A stretch of DNA of 32,116 bases from a candidate division WOR-3 bacterium (GTDB lineage: Bacteria > Hydrothermota > Hydrothermia > LBFQ01 > DSFT01). Shown piece by piece: positions 1-9,425 of this stretch; the stretch's first letter is position 1; each line of letters opens with the position of its first letter. The position numbers and the translations under genes were made by a program. The notes below the pieces were generated by a model. It saw only the letters and a program-made list of their open reading frames with translations. It was not told where the DNA came from and made no database searches. The stretch is from positions 1 through 32,116 of the forward strand of contig JBDRXT010000002.1 in the NCBI GenBank assembly GCA_039803045.1. The letters are read 5' to 3'.

Positions 1-2
1 AT

Positions 3-3000
3 AGGATAAAAGATGTTCAAAAATCATTAGCAAATATATATAGAGTACTAAGATATACACCACCTAAGAGTGTACAGGATGCAAAAGATTATGTAGAAGA
101 TTTCTTTTTTGGTGGAGATAAACTATTTCTTGGTGAAGTTGGAAGATATAAATTAAATTTAAGGTTAAAGCATGAAGAAAAGGGATTTAAATCACCACCA
201 TATGATAAACTTTCACTAACAAGAGAAGATTTTATTGTTCTAATAAAGAGGCTTTTAGATTTATATAGAGGTGAAGAATTAGAGGATGATGTTGATGATA
301 TTTCAAATCGAAGAATAAGAAGAGTTGGTGAGAGGCTTTACGAACATATTAGAAACTCATTAATAAGAGCTTCAAAAGCAATTAAAGAAAAATTATTAAC
401 TGAATCTGAAGATGTTACTCCAAAAAGCTTATTTAATCCAAAACTTATAACAGCCTCAATTACGAATTTTTTTACAACAGATACACTTTCACAATTTTTA
501 GATCAGACAAATCCCTTATCTGAGCTTACTCATAAGAGAAGAGTATCTGCTCTTGGAAAAGGTGGACTTTCAAGAGAAAATGCAGGAATTGAAGTAAGAG
601 ATGTGCATCCTTCACATTATGGAAGGATTTGTCCAATTGAAACGCCAGAAGGTCAAAATGTTGGTTTAGTCTTATCATTAACAACATATGCAAAAATTGA
701 TGATTTTGGTTTTATTAGAACACCTCTTAGAAAGGTTAAAAATGGAATAATAACAGATGAGATTGTTTATGTGGCGCCATATGAAGAGATTGATTATAAA
801 ATATCAGGCGCAGACATTAAAATAAACAATAATAAAATAGAAGAAAAGCGAGTACTTGTAAGACATAAGAGAACATATAAGATAGTATCTGCAAGAGAGG
901 TAAACTATATTGATGTTTCACCAAGGCAAGTAGTTTCTCCTTCATCCTCTTTAATCCCATTCTTAGAACATGACGATTCTAATAGAGCTCTTATGGGTTC
1001 GAATATGCAAAGACAAGCTGTTCCGTTGTTAATACCAGAACCTCCTATAGTTGGAACGGGTATGGAGTCAAAAATAGCTAAAGATTCTGGAACCCTTATT
1101 TTGGCAAAAAGGGATGGAACAGTAACATATGTAGATGCATATAAGATAATAGTTTTACCGGATGAAAAAGAGGATGACTTCTTTGGAATAGATGAATATA
1201 AACTTACTAAATTCCAAAGATCTAATCAAGGAACAATTATACATCATACACCTGTTGTAAAAGTTGGTCAAAAAGTTAAAAAAGGTGATATAATAGCTGA
1301 GATGGTTGCTGTAAAAGATGGGGAATTATCGCTTGGTAAGAACTTACTCGTTGCATTTGTTCCTTGGTATGGTTATAATTTTGAGGATGCAATTGTTGTT
1401 TCTGAAAGAATTTGGAAAGATGATGTTTTTACATCAATACATATAGATGATTATGAAGTTGAAGTAAGGGAAACAAAACTTGGACCAGAGCAAATAACAA
1501 GAGATTTACCTAATGAAAGTGAAGAAACTTTAAGAAATTTGGACGAATTTGGAATAGTTAGGATTGGAACAGAAGTAAAAACAGATGATATTCTCGTTGG
1601 AAAGATTACACCAGAAGGTGAAAGGGAATTAACACCAGAAGAAAAATTATTACAAGCAATATTTGGTGAAAAAACCAAAGGATATAGAAATACATCAAAA
1701 AGAGTTCCCCCAGGTGTTAGTGGAACAGTCATAAATGTATTAATCCTGACTAAATTTTCAAAGAGCAAACTTACAACGAAAATTATAGAAGAAAGAAAGA
1801 AAAAAGCAGAAGAAAAGTATAAAGCAGACTTAAAACGTGTGAGGGAAAGATTAATTGAACTATTAGAGGAAAAACTTTCAAACAAAATTTTCAAAAAAGA
1901 TATATTAGATAGTGAAGGAAACGTTGTTTTTAAGGCTGGTGAAAAGTTTTCTAAGGAAAAGGTTTTAAATCCTATGTCATTATTATTTTCTGAAGATTGT
2001 ATAAGTGACAAGAAAGTTATTTCTCAAATAAAAGGATTTTATGAGCAAGCTAGAGAGTTTATAAAAACGATTGAAGAGAACTATAAATTAGAAATTGATA
2101 GAATAGAGAAAGGTGATGAACTTCCTGCAGGAATAATTCAACTTGTTAAAGTTTATATTGCTCAAAGGAGAAGGTTTGCAATTGGTGATAAACTAGCAGG
2201 AAGACATGGAAATAAGGGAGTTGTTTCAATTATTCTACCTATTGAAGATATGCCATTTTTGGATAATGGAGAAGTAGTTGATGTTGTATTAAATCCTCTC
2301 GGTGTTCCTTCGAGAATGAACATTGGTCAAATTTTAGAAACATTACTTGGATGGGCTGGTGTTGAACTTACCAAAAAGTTAAAACAAATCTTAAAGAATG
2401 GAAACATAAGTGAAATTAGAGAGTTTTTATTAAATGTTTATAAACCTCATAAAGATATTGAGTTTATTGAATTTTTGAAAAATGCTAAAGATACCGAGAT
2501 TTTAGCTTATGCACAATTATTAGTAGAAAAGGGAATTAAATATGCTTGTCCTGTATTTGAAGGTCTTACATTAGAGGAAGTAAAAAATCAACTTAGACTA
2601 GCAAATTTACCAGAAGATGGTAAAGTAAAGTTGAGAGATGGAAGAACGGGGGAATATTTTGATTATCCTTGTACAGTTGGTTATATGTATTTGATGAAAT
2701 TAGTGCATATGGTTGAGGATAAGATTCATGCAAGAAGTGTTGGTAGTTATTCAATTATTACGCAACAACCGCTTGGTGGAAGAGCTCATTTTGGGGGGCA
2801 AAGATTTGGGGAGATGGAAGTTTGGGCAGCAGAGGCTCATGGAGCTGCTTATGCTTTGCAAGAATTATTAACTGTAAAAAGTGACGATGTAATAGGTAGA
2901 ACCCAATTATATAAATCAATAGTAAGAGGTGATTTGCCGCCAGAGCCAAGTATGCCCGAATCATTTAATGTTCTTATTAAGAAACTTAGAGGACTTTGTA

Positions 3001-3041
3001 TAGATATTGAAATAAATTATAAAAAGGAGAGAAAAATATGA
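3..3041 (+). CDS. rpoB: DNA-directed RNA polymerase subunit beta (5'-truncated by window edge)
   Basis: The frame of ORF 603..3041 stays open back to nt 3 (RIKDVQKSLANIY...), so the GTG at 603 is internal. Conserved RpoB blocks: SALGKGGLSRENAGIEVRDVHPSHYGRICPIETPEGQNVGLV, GDKLAGRHGNKGVVS, NPLGVPSRMNIGQILE, QQPLGGRAHFGGQRFGEMEVWA. A coiled-coil insertion sits before AGIIQLVKVYIAQRRR, as in E. coli beta SI2. Confidence 0.97.
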   Translation, partial: RIKDVQKSLANIYRVLRYTPPKSVQDAKDYVEDFFFGGDKLFLGEVGRYKLNLRLKHEEKGFKSPPYDKLSLTREDFIVLIKRLLDLYRGEELEDDVDDISNRRIRRVGERLYEHIRNSLIRASKAIKEKLLTESEDVTPKSLFNPKLITASITNFFTTDTLSQFLDQTNPLSELTHKRRVSALGKGGLSRENAGIEVRDVHPSHYGRICPIETPEGQNVGLVLSLTTYAKIDDFGFIRTPLRKVKNGIITDEIVYVAPYEEIDYKISGADIKINNNKIEEKRVLVRHKRTYKIVSAREVNYIDVSPRQVVSPSSSLIPFLEHDDSNRALMGSNMQRQAVPLLIPEPPIVGTGMESKIAKDSGTLILAKRDGTVTYVDAYKIIVLPDEKEDDFFGIDEYKLTKFQRSNQGTIIHHTPVVKVGQKVKKGDIIAEMVAVKDGELSLGKNLLVAFVPWYGYNFEDAIVVSERIWKDDVFTSIHIDDYEVEVRETKLGPEQITRDLPNESEETLRNLDEFGIVRIGTEVKTDDILVGKITPEGERELTPEEKLLQAIFGEKTKGYRNTSKRVPPGVSGTVINVLILTKFSKSKLTTKIIEERKKKAEEKYKADLKRVRERLIELLEEKLSNKIFKKDILDSEGNVVFKAGEKFSKEKVLNPMSLLFSEDCISDKKVISQIKGFYEQAREFIKTIEENYKLEIDRIEKGDELPAGIIQLVKVYIAQRRRFAIGDKLAGRHGNKGVVSIILPIEDMPFLDNGEVVDVVLNPLGVPSRMNIGQILETLLGWAGVELTKKLKQILKNGNISEIREFLLNVYKPHKDIEFIEFLKNAKDTEILAYAQLLVEKGIKYACPVFEGLTLEEVKNQLRLANLPEDGKVKLRDGRTGEYFDYPCTVGYMYLMKLVHMVEDKIHARSVGSYSIITQQPLGGRAHFGGQRFGEMEVWAAEAHGAAYALQELLTVKSDDVIGRTQLYKSIVRGDLPPEPSMPESFNVLIKKLRGLCIDIEINYKKERKI

Positions 3042-6000
3042 TTGAAAGAGCAAAAGAAGAGATTTTAACAAAAATATCTCCAAGATATCTCAGGTCTATA
3101 AAAATAAAATTAGCTGATCCTGAAACAATAAAAACTTGGTCGTATGCTGAGATGAAGGGGAGAGAAAGGGGTGAATATGGACTTGGCGAAATAAAAAAAC
3201 CTGAGACGATAAATTATAGAACCCAAAAACCAGAGCCTGGTGGTTTGTTTTGTGAAAGAATATTTGGACCAATTAAGGATTATGAATGTAGTTGTGGAAA
3301 ATATAAGGGTAGGAAATATGCAGGAGTAATATGCGATAGATGTCATGTAGAAGTAACAGAATCAAGAGTTAGAAGAGAAAGAATGGGTTACATTGAACTT
3401 GCTGTTCCTGTTGCTCACATATGGTTTTATAAAATACCCCCATCTATTATAGGAACACTTCTTGATATTTCAAGAGCTAACCTTGAAGATGTGTTATACT
3501 ATAACTCATATATTGTTATAAATCCTGGAAAAGTTCCAGGAATTAAAAAAGGTGAAGTTATATCAACTGCAAGATATAAGGAATTAGTTAGGGATTATGG
3601 AGAAGATGCATTTGAGGCAGGAATGGGTGCAGAAACGATAAAAAAGCTTTTAGCAGAACTTTCTGAAACTGTTGAAGGAAATAAAACAAGATTAGAGAAA
3701 TTATTAGAAGAACTTTCTGTAAAGTTAAGAATAGAAAAATCTCCACTCATAAGAAAGAAAATTTTACAAAAGCTAAGAATAGTAAAATCTTTTGTAGAAT
3801 CTGGTGTAAAACCCGAATGGATGATACTTGAAGTATTGCCGGTAATACCACCTGACCTTAGACCACTTGTAGCGCTTGAAGGTGGAAGATTCGCTGCAAG
3901 TGACTTAAATGATTTGTACAAAAGAGTTATATATAGAAATCAAAGATTAAAATTTATTTTAGCTGATGCTTCAACACCAGAAACTATACTAATAAATGAG
4001 AAGCGAATGCTGCAAGAAGCGGTAGATGCCGTTTTAGATAACTCTAGAAGGAAAAAACCAGTTCTTGGAAGAGGAAACAGAAAACTAAAATCTCTTTCAG
4101 ATGATATTAGAGGAAAGAAAGGATTACTTAGAAGAAATTTACTCGGTAAGAGAGTAGATTATTCTGCAAGAAGTGTAATTGTTGTAGGTCCAGAGTTAAA
4201 GATGTACCAGGCGGGTGTTCCAAAAGAAATAGCTGTAGAGCTTTGGAGACCATTTATAGAAAGGAAAATTGAAGAGTTGGGACTTGCGGAGAATTTAAGA
4301 AGTACAAGGAAATTACTAAGGAAGAGGACAAAAGAAGTTTGGGAGATACTTGAAGAGGTTGTAAGAAATCATCCCATTTGGTTGAATAGAGCTCCAACAC
4401 TTCACAGACCATCAATTCAAGCTTTTGAACCTGTAATTGTAGAAGGCAAAGCAATAAGGTTACATCCATTAGTATGTACTGCTTATAATGCAGATTTTGA
4501 TGGAGATCAGATGGCAATATTTGTTCCATTATCTCCAGAAGCGCAACTTGAAAGTTATAATTTAGTTCTATCTATACATAATATACTTTCACCAGCTCAT
4601 GGTAAACCATTTGCAACTGCAAGTCAAGATATGGTAATAGGAATAAATTATATAACGAAAGTTAAGAAGAATGCTAAGGGTGAGGGAAAAGTATTTTATT
4701 CTATTGAAGAAGCGATGAAAAGTTATGAAGTTGGATTAATAGATTTACATGCTCTTATTAAAGTTCCCATATCAAAAGATGAACCACTTAGTAATAATCC
4801 ACCTTTTGAATTTTTAGAAACAACAATAGGGAGAATTATATTCAATCAAATCTTGCCGCCAGAATTTAGAAAAGTTTATGGGTTTATAAATAGGGAGCTT
4901 AAAAAGAAAGACATATCTGATATTGTATATAAATGTCATCGTCTTCTTGGTCCTTGGGCAACTTCAGAATTTCTTGATGATATGAAAGACTTGGGATTTA
5001 GATATGCTACAAAATCTGGGACCACGTTTGGTATAGACGATATTATAATTCCATCAAATAAATACGATATTATTGAAAATGCTTTTAAAGAACTTGATAA
5101 AATAAATAAGAAGTTCACAAAAGGTGAGATATCAAGAGCTGAGCATTATCAACAAGTTTTAGACCTATGGACAAGGACTACTGAAAATGTTAAAAATGAA
5201 TTAGAAATTGCTCTTGAGAAAGACAAAGATGGATTCAATCCTATATATATGATGGTTTATTCAGGGGCAAGAGGAAATATTATTCAAACTATGCAGCTTT
5301 CGGCTATGAGAGGACTTATGTCAAGGCCAAGTAGAAAAGGAGAAATAGGTGATCTTATAGAAATACCAGTAATATCATCTTTGAAAGAGGGTTTAAAAAC
5401 TATGGAATACTTTATCTCAACACATGGTGCAAGGAAAGGTCAATCTGATACTGCTTTAAAGACGGCAGATGCAGGATATCTTACAAGGAGACTAGTTGAT
5501 GTTGCTCAAGATGTAGTTGTTACAATAGATGATTGTGGTACGGTAAGAGGTAGAACAATTAGAGGACCTAATATTGCAAGTAAAATTTTAGGTAGAATTG
5601 CTCTTGAAGATGTTTATCATCCTATTACAAATGAATTAATAGTAGCAGCTAATGAGGAAATAGATGAGGAAAAAGCAGATCAAATAGAAAAAAGTGGTAT
5701 AAATGAAGTAGTTGTAAGATCAGTTTTGTACTGTGAAGCAGAGCATGGAGTTTGTGCAAAGTGTTATGGAAGGGATTTAGCAACAGGAAAAATTGTAGAA
5801 ATAGGTGAAGCAGTAGGAATAATAGCTGCTCAATCTATTGGAGAGCCTGGAACTCAGTTAACTTTAAGAACTTTCCATACAGGTGGTGTAGCTGAAAAGG
5901 TTGCTGAAGAGAACTATTACTTAGCACCATTCGATGGCAAAGTAAAATACATTAATTTAAATACAATAGAAAGAGATAATAAGCTTATTGTGATAACTAA

Positions 6001-7186
6001 AAAGGGCAAAATCAAAATTATATCTAAAGACAACAAAGAGAAAGTTTATGATATTCCGTATGGAAGTGAGATTTTTGTAAAGGATAATCAAAAAGTAAAA
6101 TTCGGTGAAAAATTAGCTGAATGGGAACCTTATTCCTTACCTATAATGACAACAAAGGAAGGATATGTTGAATTTGAAGATCTAATTGAAAATGTTACAC
6201 TAAAAGAGGAAGTTGAGGAAGGTAAAGTAGAGCATGTAATTCAAATTATTAGACAAAGAAGATTATATCCAAAAGTAAAAGTTATACATCCTGTAACGAA
6301 AAAAGTAATAGAGGAAATACCATTAGTTAATGAGGCAAGATTAACTCAAAAAGCATATGAGTTACTTAAAGGTTCAAGAAAGGAAATTGTAAAGGCTGGC
6401 GAAGTAATTGCAAGATTACCAAAAATAACTTCTAAGACAAGAGATATTACAGGTGGTTTACCAAAAGTTGAGGAGTTATTTGAAGCTCGTGTTCCCAAAA
6501 ATAAAGCTATGCTTTCAGAAATAAGTGGATATGTTGAAATCCTTGGGCTTGAAAAAGGTGTATTTAAGATTAAAGTTAATTCACAAGATGGAAGATCACA
6601 ATTATATGAAGTACCATACGGAAAATACTTACTTGTAAGTGAAGGTGAGTTTGTAGAAGCTGGCGATCCCCTTACTGATGGAGAAATTGATCCGCACGAT
6701 TTATTGAAAATAAAAGGTAAAGATTATGTTCAAGAATATTTATTTGAAAAAATACAAGGCATATATAGAATGTCTGATGTAGAAATTAATGATAAGCATA
6801 TAGAAATAATTGTAAGACAAATGCTTAGAAAAGTTAAAATTATAAATTCTGGAAGCACTAACTTGTTTGAGGATGATATTGTAGATTATGTTAAAGTGAA
6901 AAAAGAAAATGAAAGAGTTATAAGAGGGGGTGGAAAGCCCGCGACTTATGTTCATGTACTGTTAGGTATAACGAGAGCTGCTTTATCTACCGATTCATTT
7001 ATTTCTGCTGCATCATTCCAAGAGACAACGAAAGTTTTAGCTTTTGCTGCAATCGAAGGAAAAGAAGACGATTTACGTGGACTTAAAGAGAATGTAATAA
7101 TCGGAGGGTTAATACCTGCAGGAACAGGTAGAAGAGATATAAGGGAAGCATCAATTATTCTAGAGGAGGAGAAAGAAACAGCATAA
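3038..7186 (+). CDS. rpoC: DNA-directed RNA polymerase subunit beta'
   Basis: 1382 aa. N-terminal Zn motif CSCGKYKGRKYAGVICDRCHVEV, catalytic NADFDGDQMA, trigger-loop flanks TFHTGGVA ... DITGGLPKVEELFEAR. AAGGAG SD upstream. The ATG overlaps the rpoB stop (ATGA). Confidence 0.98.
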   Translation: MIERAKEEILTKISPRYLRSIKIKLADPETIKTWSYAEMKGRERGEYGLGEIKKPETINYRTQKPEPGGLFCERIFGPIKDYECSCGKYKGRKYAGVICDRCHVEVTESRVRRERMGYIELAVPVAHIWFYKIPPSIIGTLLDISRANLEDVLYYNSYIVINPGKVPGIKKGEVISTARYKELVRDYGEDAFEAGMGAETIKKLLAELSETVEGNKTRLEKLLEELSVKLRIEKSPLIRKKILQKLRIVKSFVESGVKPEWMILEVLPVIPPDLRPLVALEGGRFAASDLNDLYKRVIYRNQRLKFILADASTPETILINEKRMLQEAVDAVLDNSRRKKPVLGRGNRKLKSLSDDIRGKKGLLRRNLLGKRVDYSARSVIVVGPELKMYQAGVPKEIAVELWRPFIERKIEELGLAENLRSTRKLLRKRTKEVWEILEEVVRNHPIWLNRAPTLHRPSIQAFEPVIVEGKAIRLHPLVCTAYNADFDGDQMAIFVPLSPEAQLESYNLVLSIHNILSPAHGKPFATASQDMVIGINYITKVKKNAKGEGKVFYSIEEAMKSYEVGLIDLHALIKVPISKDEPLSNNPPFEFLETTIGRIIFNQILPPEFRKVYGFINRELKKKDISDIVYKCHRLLGPWATSEFLDDMKDLGFRYATKSGTTFGIDDIIIPSNKYDIIENAFKELDKINKKFTKGEISRAEHYQQVLDLWTRTTENVKNELEIALEKDKDGFNPIYMMVYSGARGNIIQTMQLSAMRGLMSRPSRKGEIGDLIEIPVISSLKEGLKTMEYFISTHGARKGQSDTALKTADAGYLTRRLVDVAQDVVVTIDDCGTVRGRTIRGPNIASKILGRIALEDVYHPITNELIVAANEEIDEEKADQIEKSGINEVVVRSVLYCEAEHGVCAKCYGRDLATGKIVEIGEAVGIIAAQSIGEPGTQLTLRTFHTGGVAEKVAEENYYLAPFDGKVKYINLNTIERDNKLIVITKKGKIKIISKDNKEKVYDIPYGSEIFVKDNQKVKFGEKLAEWEPYSLPIMTTKEGYVEFEDLIENVTLKEEVEEGKVEHVIQIIRQRRLYPKVKVIHPVTKKVIEEIPLVNEARLTQKAYELLKGSRKEIVKAGEVIARLPKITSKTRDITGGLPKVEELFEARVPKNKAMLSEISGYVEILGLEKGVFKIKVNSQDGRSQLYEVPYGKYLLVSEGEFVEAGDPLTDGEIDPHDLLKIKGKDYVQEYLFEKIQGIYRMSDVEINDKHIEIIVRQMLRKVKIINSGSTNLFEDDIVDYVKVKKENERVIRGGGKPATYVHVLLGITRAALSTDSFISAASFQETTKVLAFAAIEGKEDDLRGLKENVIIGGLIPAGTGRRDIREASIILEEEKETA

Positions 7187-8160
7187 TGCTTATATTTTTG
7201 ATTTTGCCTGATAGTGGTGAGTTAAAAATTTTATCAGAGGAATTTTTGAGAGGATTTGATTTAGCAATTAAGGGTGAGTTTAAGTATATTATATTTGATG
7301 AAGACCCTGATACTAATATTAGTTTTAGCGAAATTTACAAAAGTATTATAGAGAAAAATCCCAAAATTGTAATTGGACCAATCTTATCAAAGAATCAAAA
7401 AATTTCTGCTGAAATCTCAATGAGAAATAGAGTTATTCAGATTATTCCAATAGCTTATGATATATCACTTGGAACTTATGGAAATTACGTATATCCTTTC
7501 AATTTCAAAACTTATATGAGTATTTTGAAATTTATAGAATTTTCTAAGCAAAAGGGTGATACAAATTTTGTTCTATTATATGAAAATACGATAAATGGCA
7601 TTTCAATTAAAAAGTTTTTAGATTCCCAAATATCAATTCCCACTATTCCTATTAAAAATAATAGGGTTGCAGAATCCTACATTGCAGAAATTCTAAAAGA
7701 CATAAAAGACTATAAAGCAATTTTGTTTTCTGATGCTCTTATAAGCTCAATAAATACTTATTTAAACTTGAGAAAATTGGGATATAAGAAAGATGTTTAT
7801 GTTTTTGACGATTGGTTATCAAATAACGTTTTTTCTATGATAATTGGTTTATCAGAAAACTTATATGTCATATCTCTTCAAAATATAACTTATACGAGCT
7901 ACTTATTGAAACTTGATAGGAAATATAAATTCTTTGAAAATTATAAAAAGCTTTATGAAAGAGAGCCTACAAATGCTTCTCTTATTGGATACGATGTAGG
8001 GATTCTTGTGAAAGAAGCCTTAAATTCTGATGATATAAAAGAATTCTTATTAAAATATGGTATACTAAATGGTGTAAGTGGAGACTATCTTATATCAAAG
8101 GATTCAAGCTACATTAAAATTTTAAGACTTACAAACAATGGATTTGAGGAACTAAAATGA
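7186..8160 (+). CDS. Type-I periplasmic-binding-fold protein (LivK/Peripla_BP_6- or LpoA-like), no recognisable signal peptide
   Basis: 324 aa. The N-terminal pattern ILPDSGELK..EEFLRGFDLAIKG...DEDPD....IIEKNPKIVIGPILSKN...AEIS.RNRVIQIIPIA matches the LPLSG...G..LA...D...DP...IIGP..S......P consensus of Leu/Ile/Val-type binding proteins. Assignment rests on pattern recall only. The start overlaps the rpoC stop (TAATG). Confidence 0.4.
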   Translation: MLIFLILPDSGELKILSEEFLRGFDLAIKGEFKYIIFDEDPDTNISFSEIYKSIIEKNPKIVIGPILSKNQKISAEISMRNRVIQIIPIAYDISLGTYGNYVYPFNFKTYMSILKFIEFSKQKGDTNFVLLYENTINGISIKKFLDSQISIPTIPIKNNRVAESYIAEILKDIKDYKAILFSDALISSINTYLNLRKLGYKKDVYVFDDWLSNNVFSMIIGLSENLYVISLQNITYTSYLLKLDRKYKFFENYKKLYEREPTNASLIGYDVGILVKEALNSDDIKEFLLKYGILNGVSGDYLISKDSSYIKILRLTNNGFEELK

Positions 8161-8324
8161 AAAAATTTTGGTTTGCTTTCTTTTTATCTTTATCAATGCA
8201 AATTCTTGCCCTTATTCTAACAATTTATGGAGATATTATAATCACACCTATATTATTTGTGATTTCTCTTTTTGTTATTGCAATATGGGGAATTTTGAAC
8301 TACAATGACAAAAGCTCAAGTTAG
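8157..8324 (+). CDS. Possible 55-aa two-helix membrane micro-protein (below ORF-track cutoff)
   Basis: My translation: MKKFWFAFFLSLSMQILALILTIYGDIIITPILFVISLFVIAIWGILNYNDKSSS*. It shows two hydrophobic segments. The ATG overlaps the upstream stop (ATGA) and the 3' end overlaps the next ORF by 20 nt. No homology evidence. Confidence 0.3.
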   Translation: MKKFWFAFFLSLSMQILALILTIYGDIIITPILFVISLFVIAIWGILNYNDKSSS

Positions 8325-8577
8325 TTTGTATGTTTTTAATTATGACGGAGATAGGGGAGAAGTTATTAGGGAATTTTGGAAAATTATGAAAAGTTATGAT
8401 TTATCATTTAAAGCAAATGCATTTTCTACTATAATATGGTCAGAGGACGAAAATAAGTTATTTGAAGCCATTTTCCAGGCCTTTAAACAATTAAAAAAAT
8501 ATGGAATTGTTTTGGATGTAAAATTTTCAAATATTGGACCTTTCCCCTCTTATGAGATAAGTAGTAAAGAAATATGA
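8305..8577 (+). CDS. Small ferredoxin-like-fold protein, possibly MTH1187/YkoF (DUF77) family
   Basis: 90 aa. The beta-alpha-beta-beta-alpha-beta pattern (VSLYVF / EVIREFWKIMKSY / LSFKANAFSTIIW / LFEAIFQAFKQLKKYG / IVLDVKF) resembles DUF77 proteins. Weak, recall-based. The true start could lie slightly downstream. Confidence 0.3.
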   Translation: MTKAQVSLYVFNYDGDRGEVIREFWKIMKSYDLSFKANAFSTIIWSEDENKLFEAIFQAFKQLKKYGIVLDVKFSNIGPFPSYEISSKEI

Positions 8578-9425
8578 AGGGTTTGTGGACTGCTCTAATT
8601 ACACCATTTGACGAAAACTTAAACGTAGATTATGAAAGTTTGGGAAAATTAATTGAATTTCAAATTGAAAATAATGTTGATGGGATTGTAATATTTGGCA
8701 CTACGGGTGAATCACCAACAATTGAAGAGGATGAGTTTTTTAGTGTTCTAAAATTTATTAAGCAATATAATATTGATTTTGTAGTAGGTGTTGGGACAAA
8801 TAATACAAAGAAAACAATTGAAAAAACGAAAAAATTATTAGATATGGGATTTAGTAAAATATTAGTAGTATCACCGTATTATAATAAGCCAAATGTTAGT
8901 GGATTATATGAGCATTACAAACAAGTTTTATTAACTTCTGCGAAAGTTGTAATATACGAAGTTCCTTCAAGAACTTCAATTAGTATTCCTTTAGATGTTA
9001 TAAGAATGTTAAAAGAGGAGTTTTCTGAAAATGTAATAGCTTTAAAATTCTCAAATAGTGATTTGGATTTATTGAGTAGAATTATTTTAGAAGTAAAAAA
9101 TTTGAACGTTTTGAGTGGAGACGATAACTTAACACTTCCTATGATGTCTCTTGGAGCTGTTGGAGTAGTTTCTGTAATAAGTAATGTTTATCCAGTTGAA
9201 ATGAAAGGATTAGTTCAAAGTTGCTTAGAAGGCAATTTTAATAAAGCTAGGGATATTCATTATAAGATGTATAAATTGTTTAAGTTAGCATTTATAGAAA
9301 CAAATCCAATACCAATTAAATACATTGCTTATAAGAAAAATCTGATTAAGACCCCAAATGTTAGATTGCCTTTATCTATCTTATCTTCAAAAAACAGGGA
9401 AATTATTGACCAAAATATTCTCTAA
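8574..9425 (+). CDS. dapA: 4-hydroxy-tetrahydrodipicolinate synthase
   Basis: 283 aa. N-terminus GLWTALITPFDENLNVDYESLGKLIEFQIENNVDGIVIFGTTGESPTI is typical DapA (TPF, GTTGE). ALKFSN contains the candidate Schiff-base Lys. ATGA overlap with the preceding ORF. Confidence 0.9.
   Translation: MKGLWTALITPFDENLNVDYESLGKLIEFQIENNVDGIVIFGTTGESPTIEEDEFFSVLKFIKQYNIDFVVGVGTNNTKKTIEKTKKLLDMGFSKILVVSPYYNKPNVSGLYEHYKQVLLTSAKVVIYEVPSRTSISIPLDVIRMLKEEFSENVIALKFSNSDLDLLSRIILEVKNLNVLSGDDNLTLPMMSLGAVGVVSVISNVYPVEMKGLVQSCLEGNFNKARDIHYKMYKLFKLAFIETNPIPIKYIAYKKNLIKTPNVRLPLSILSSKNREIIDQNIL

Noticed and set aside
1451-2011. 186-aa ORF antisense to rpoB (also 2758..2964).
   Set aside because: It lies entirely inside the strongly supported rpoB frame. 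Its Ser/Leu/Phe-rich low-complexity product is what the reverse complement of Lys/Glu-rich coding sequence gives in AT-rich DNA. No start context.
3110-6955. Five ORFs of 60-108 aa antisense to rpoC (3110..3346, 3595..3921, 4254..4529, 4936..5118, 6740..6955).
   Set aside because: All are nested in the rpoC frame, low-complexity, and without motifs. They are shadow ORFs.
9039-9050. Exact GCTTTAAAATTC box inside dapA, followed 9 nt later by a GTG. Similar in-gene boxes occur at 10571..10582, 11668..11677, 12666..12675 and 29226..29233.
   Set aside because: The downstream start-like codons are out of frame and open only very short ORFs. These copies are consistent with the chance expectation for this 8-mer in AT-rich DNA. 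I treat them as background and count them against the motif finding.
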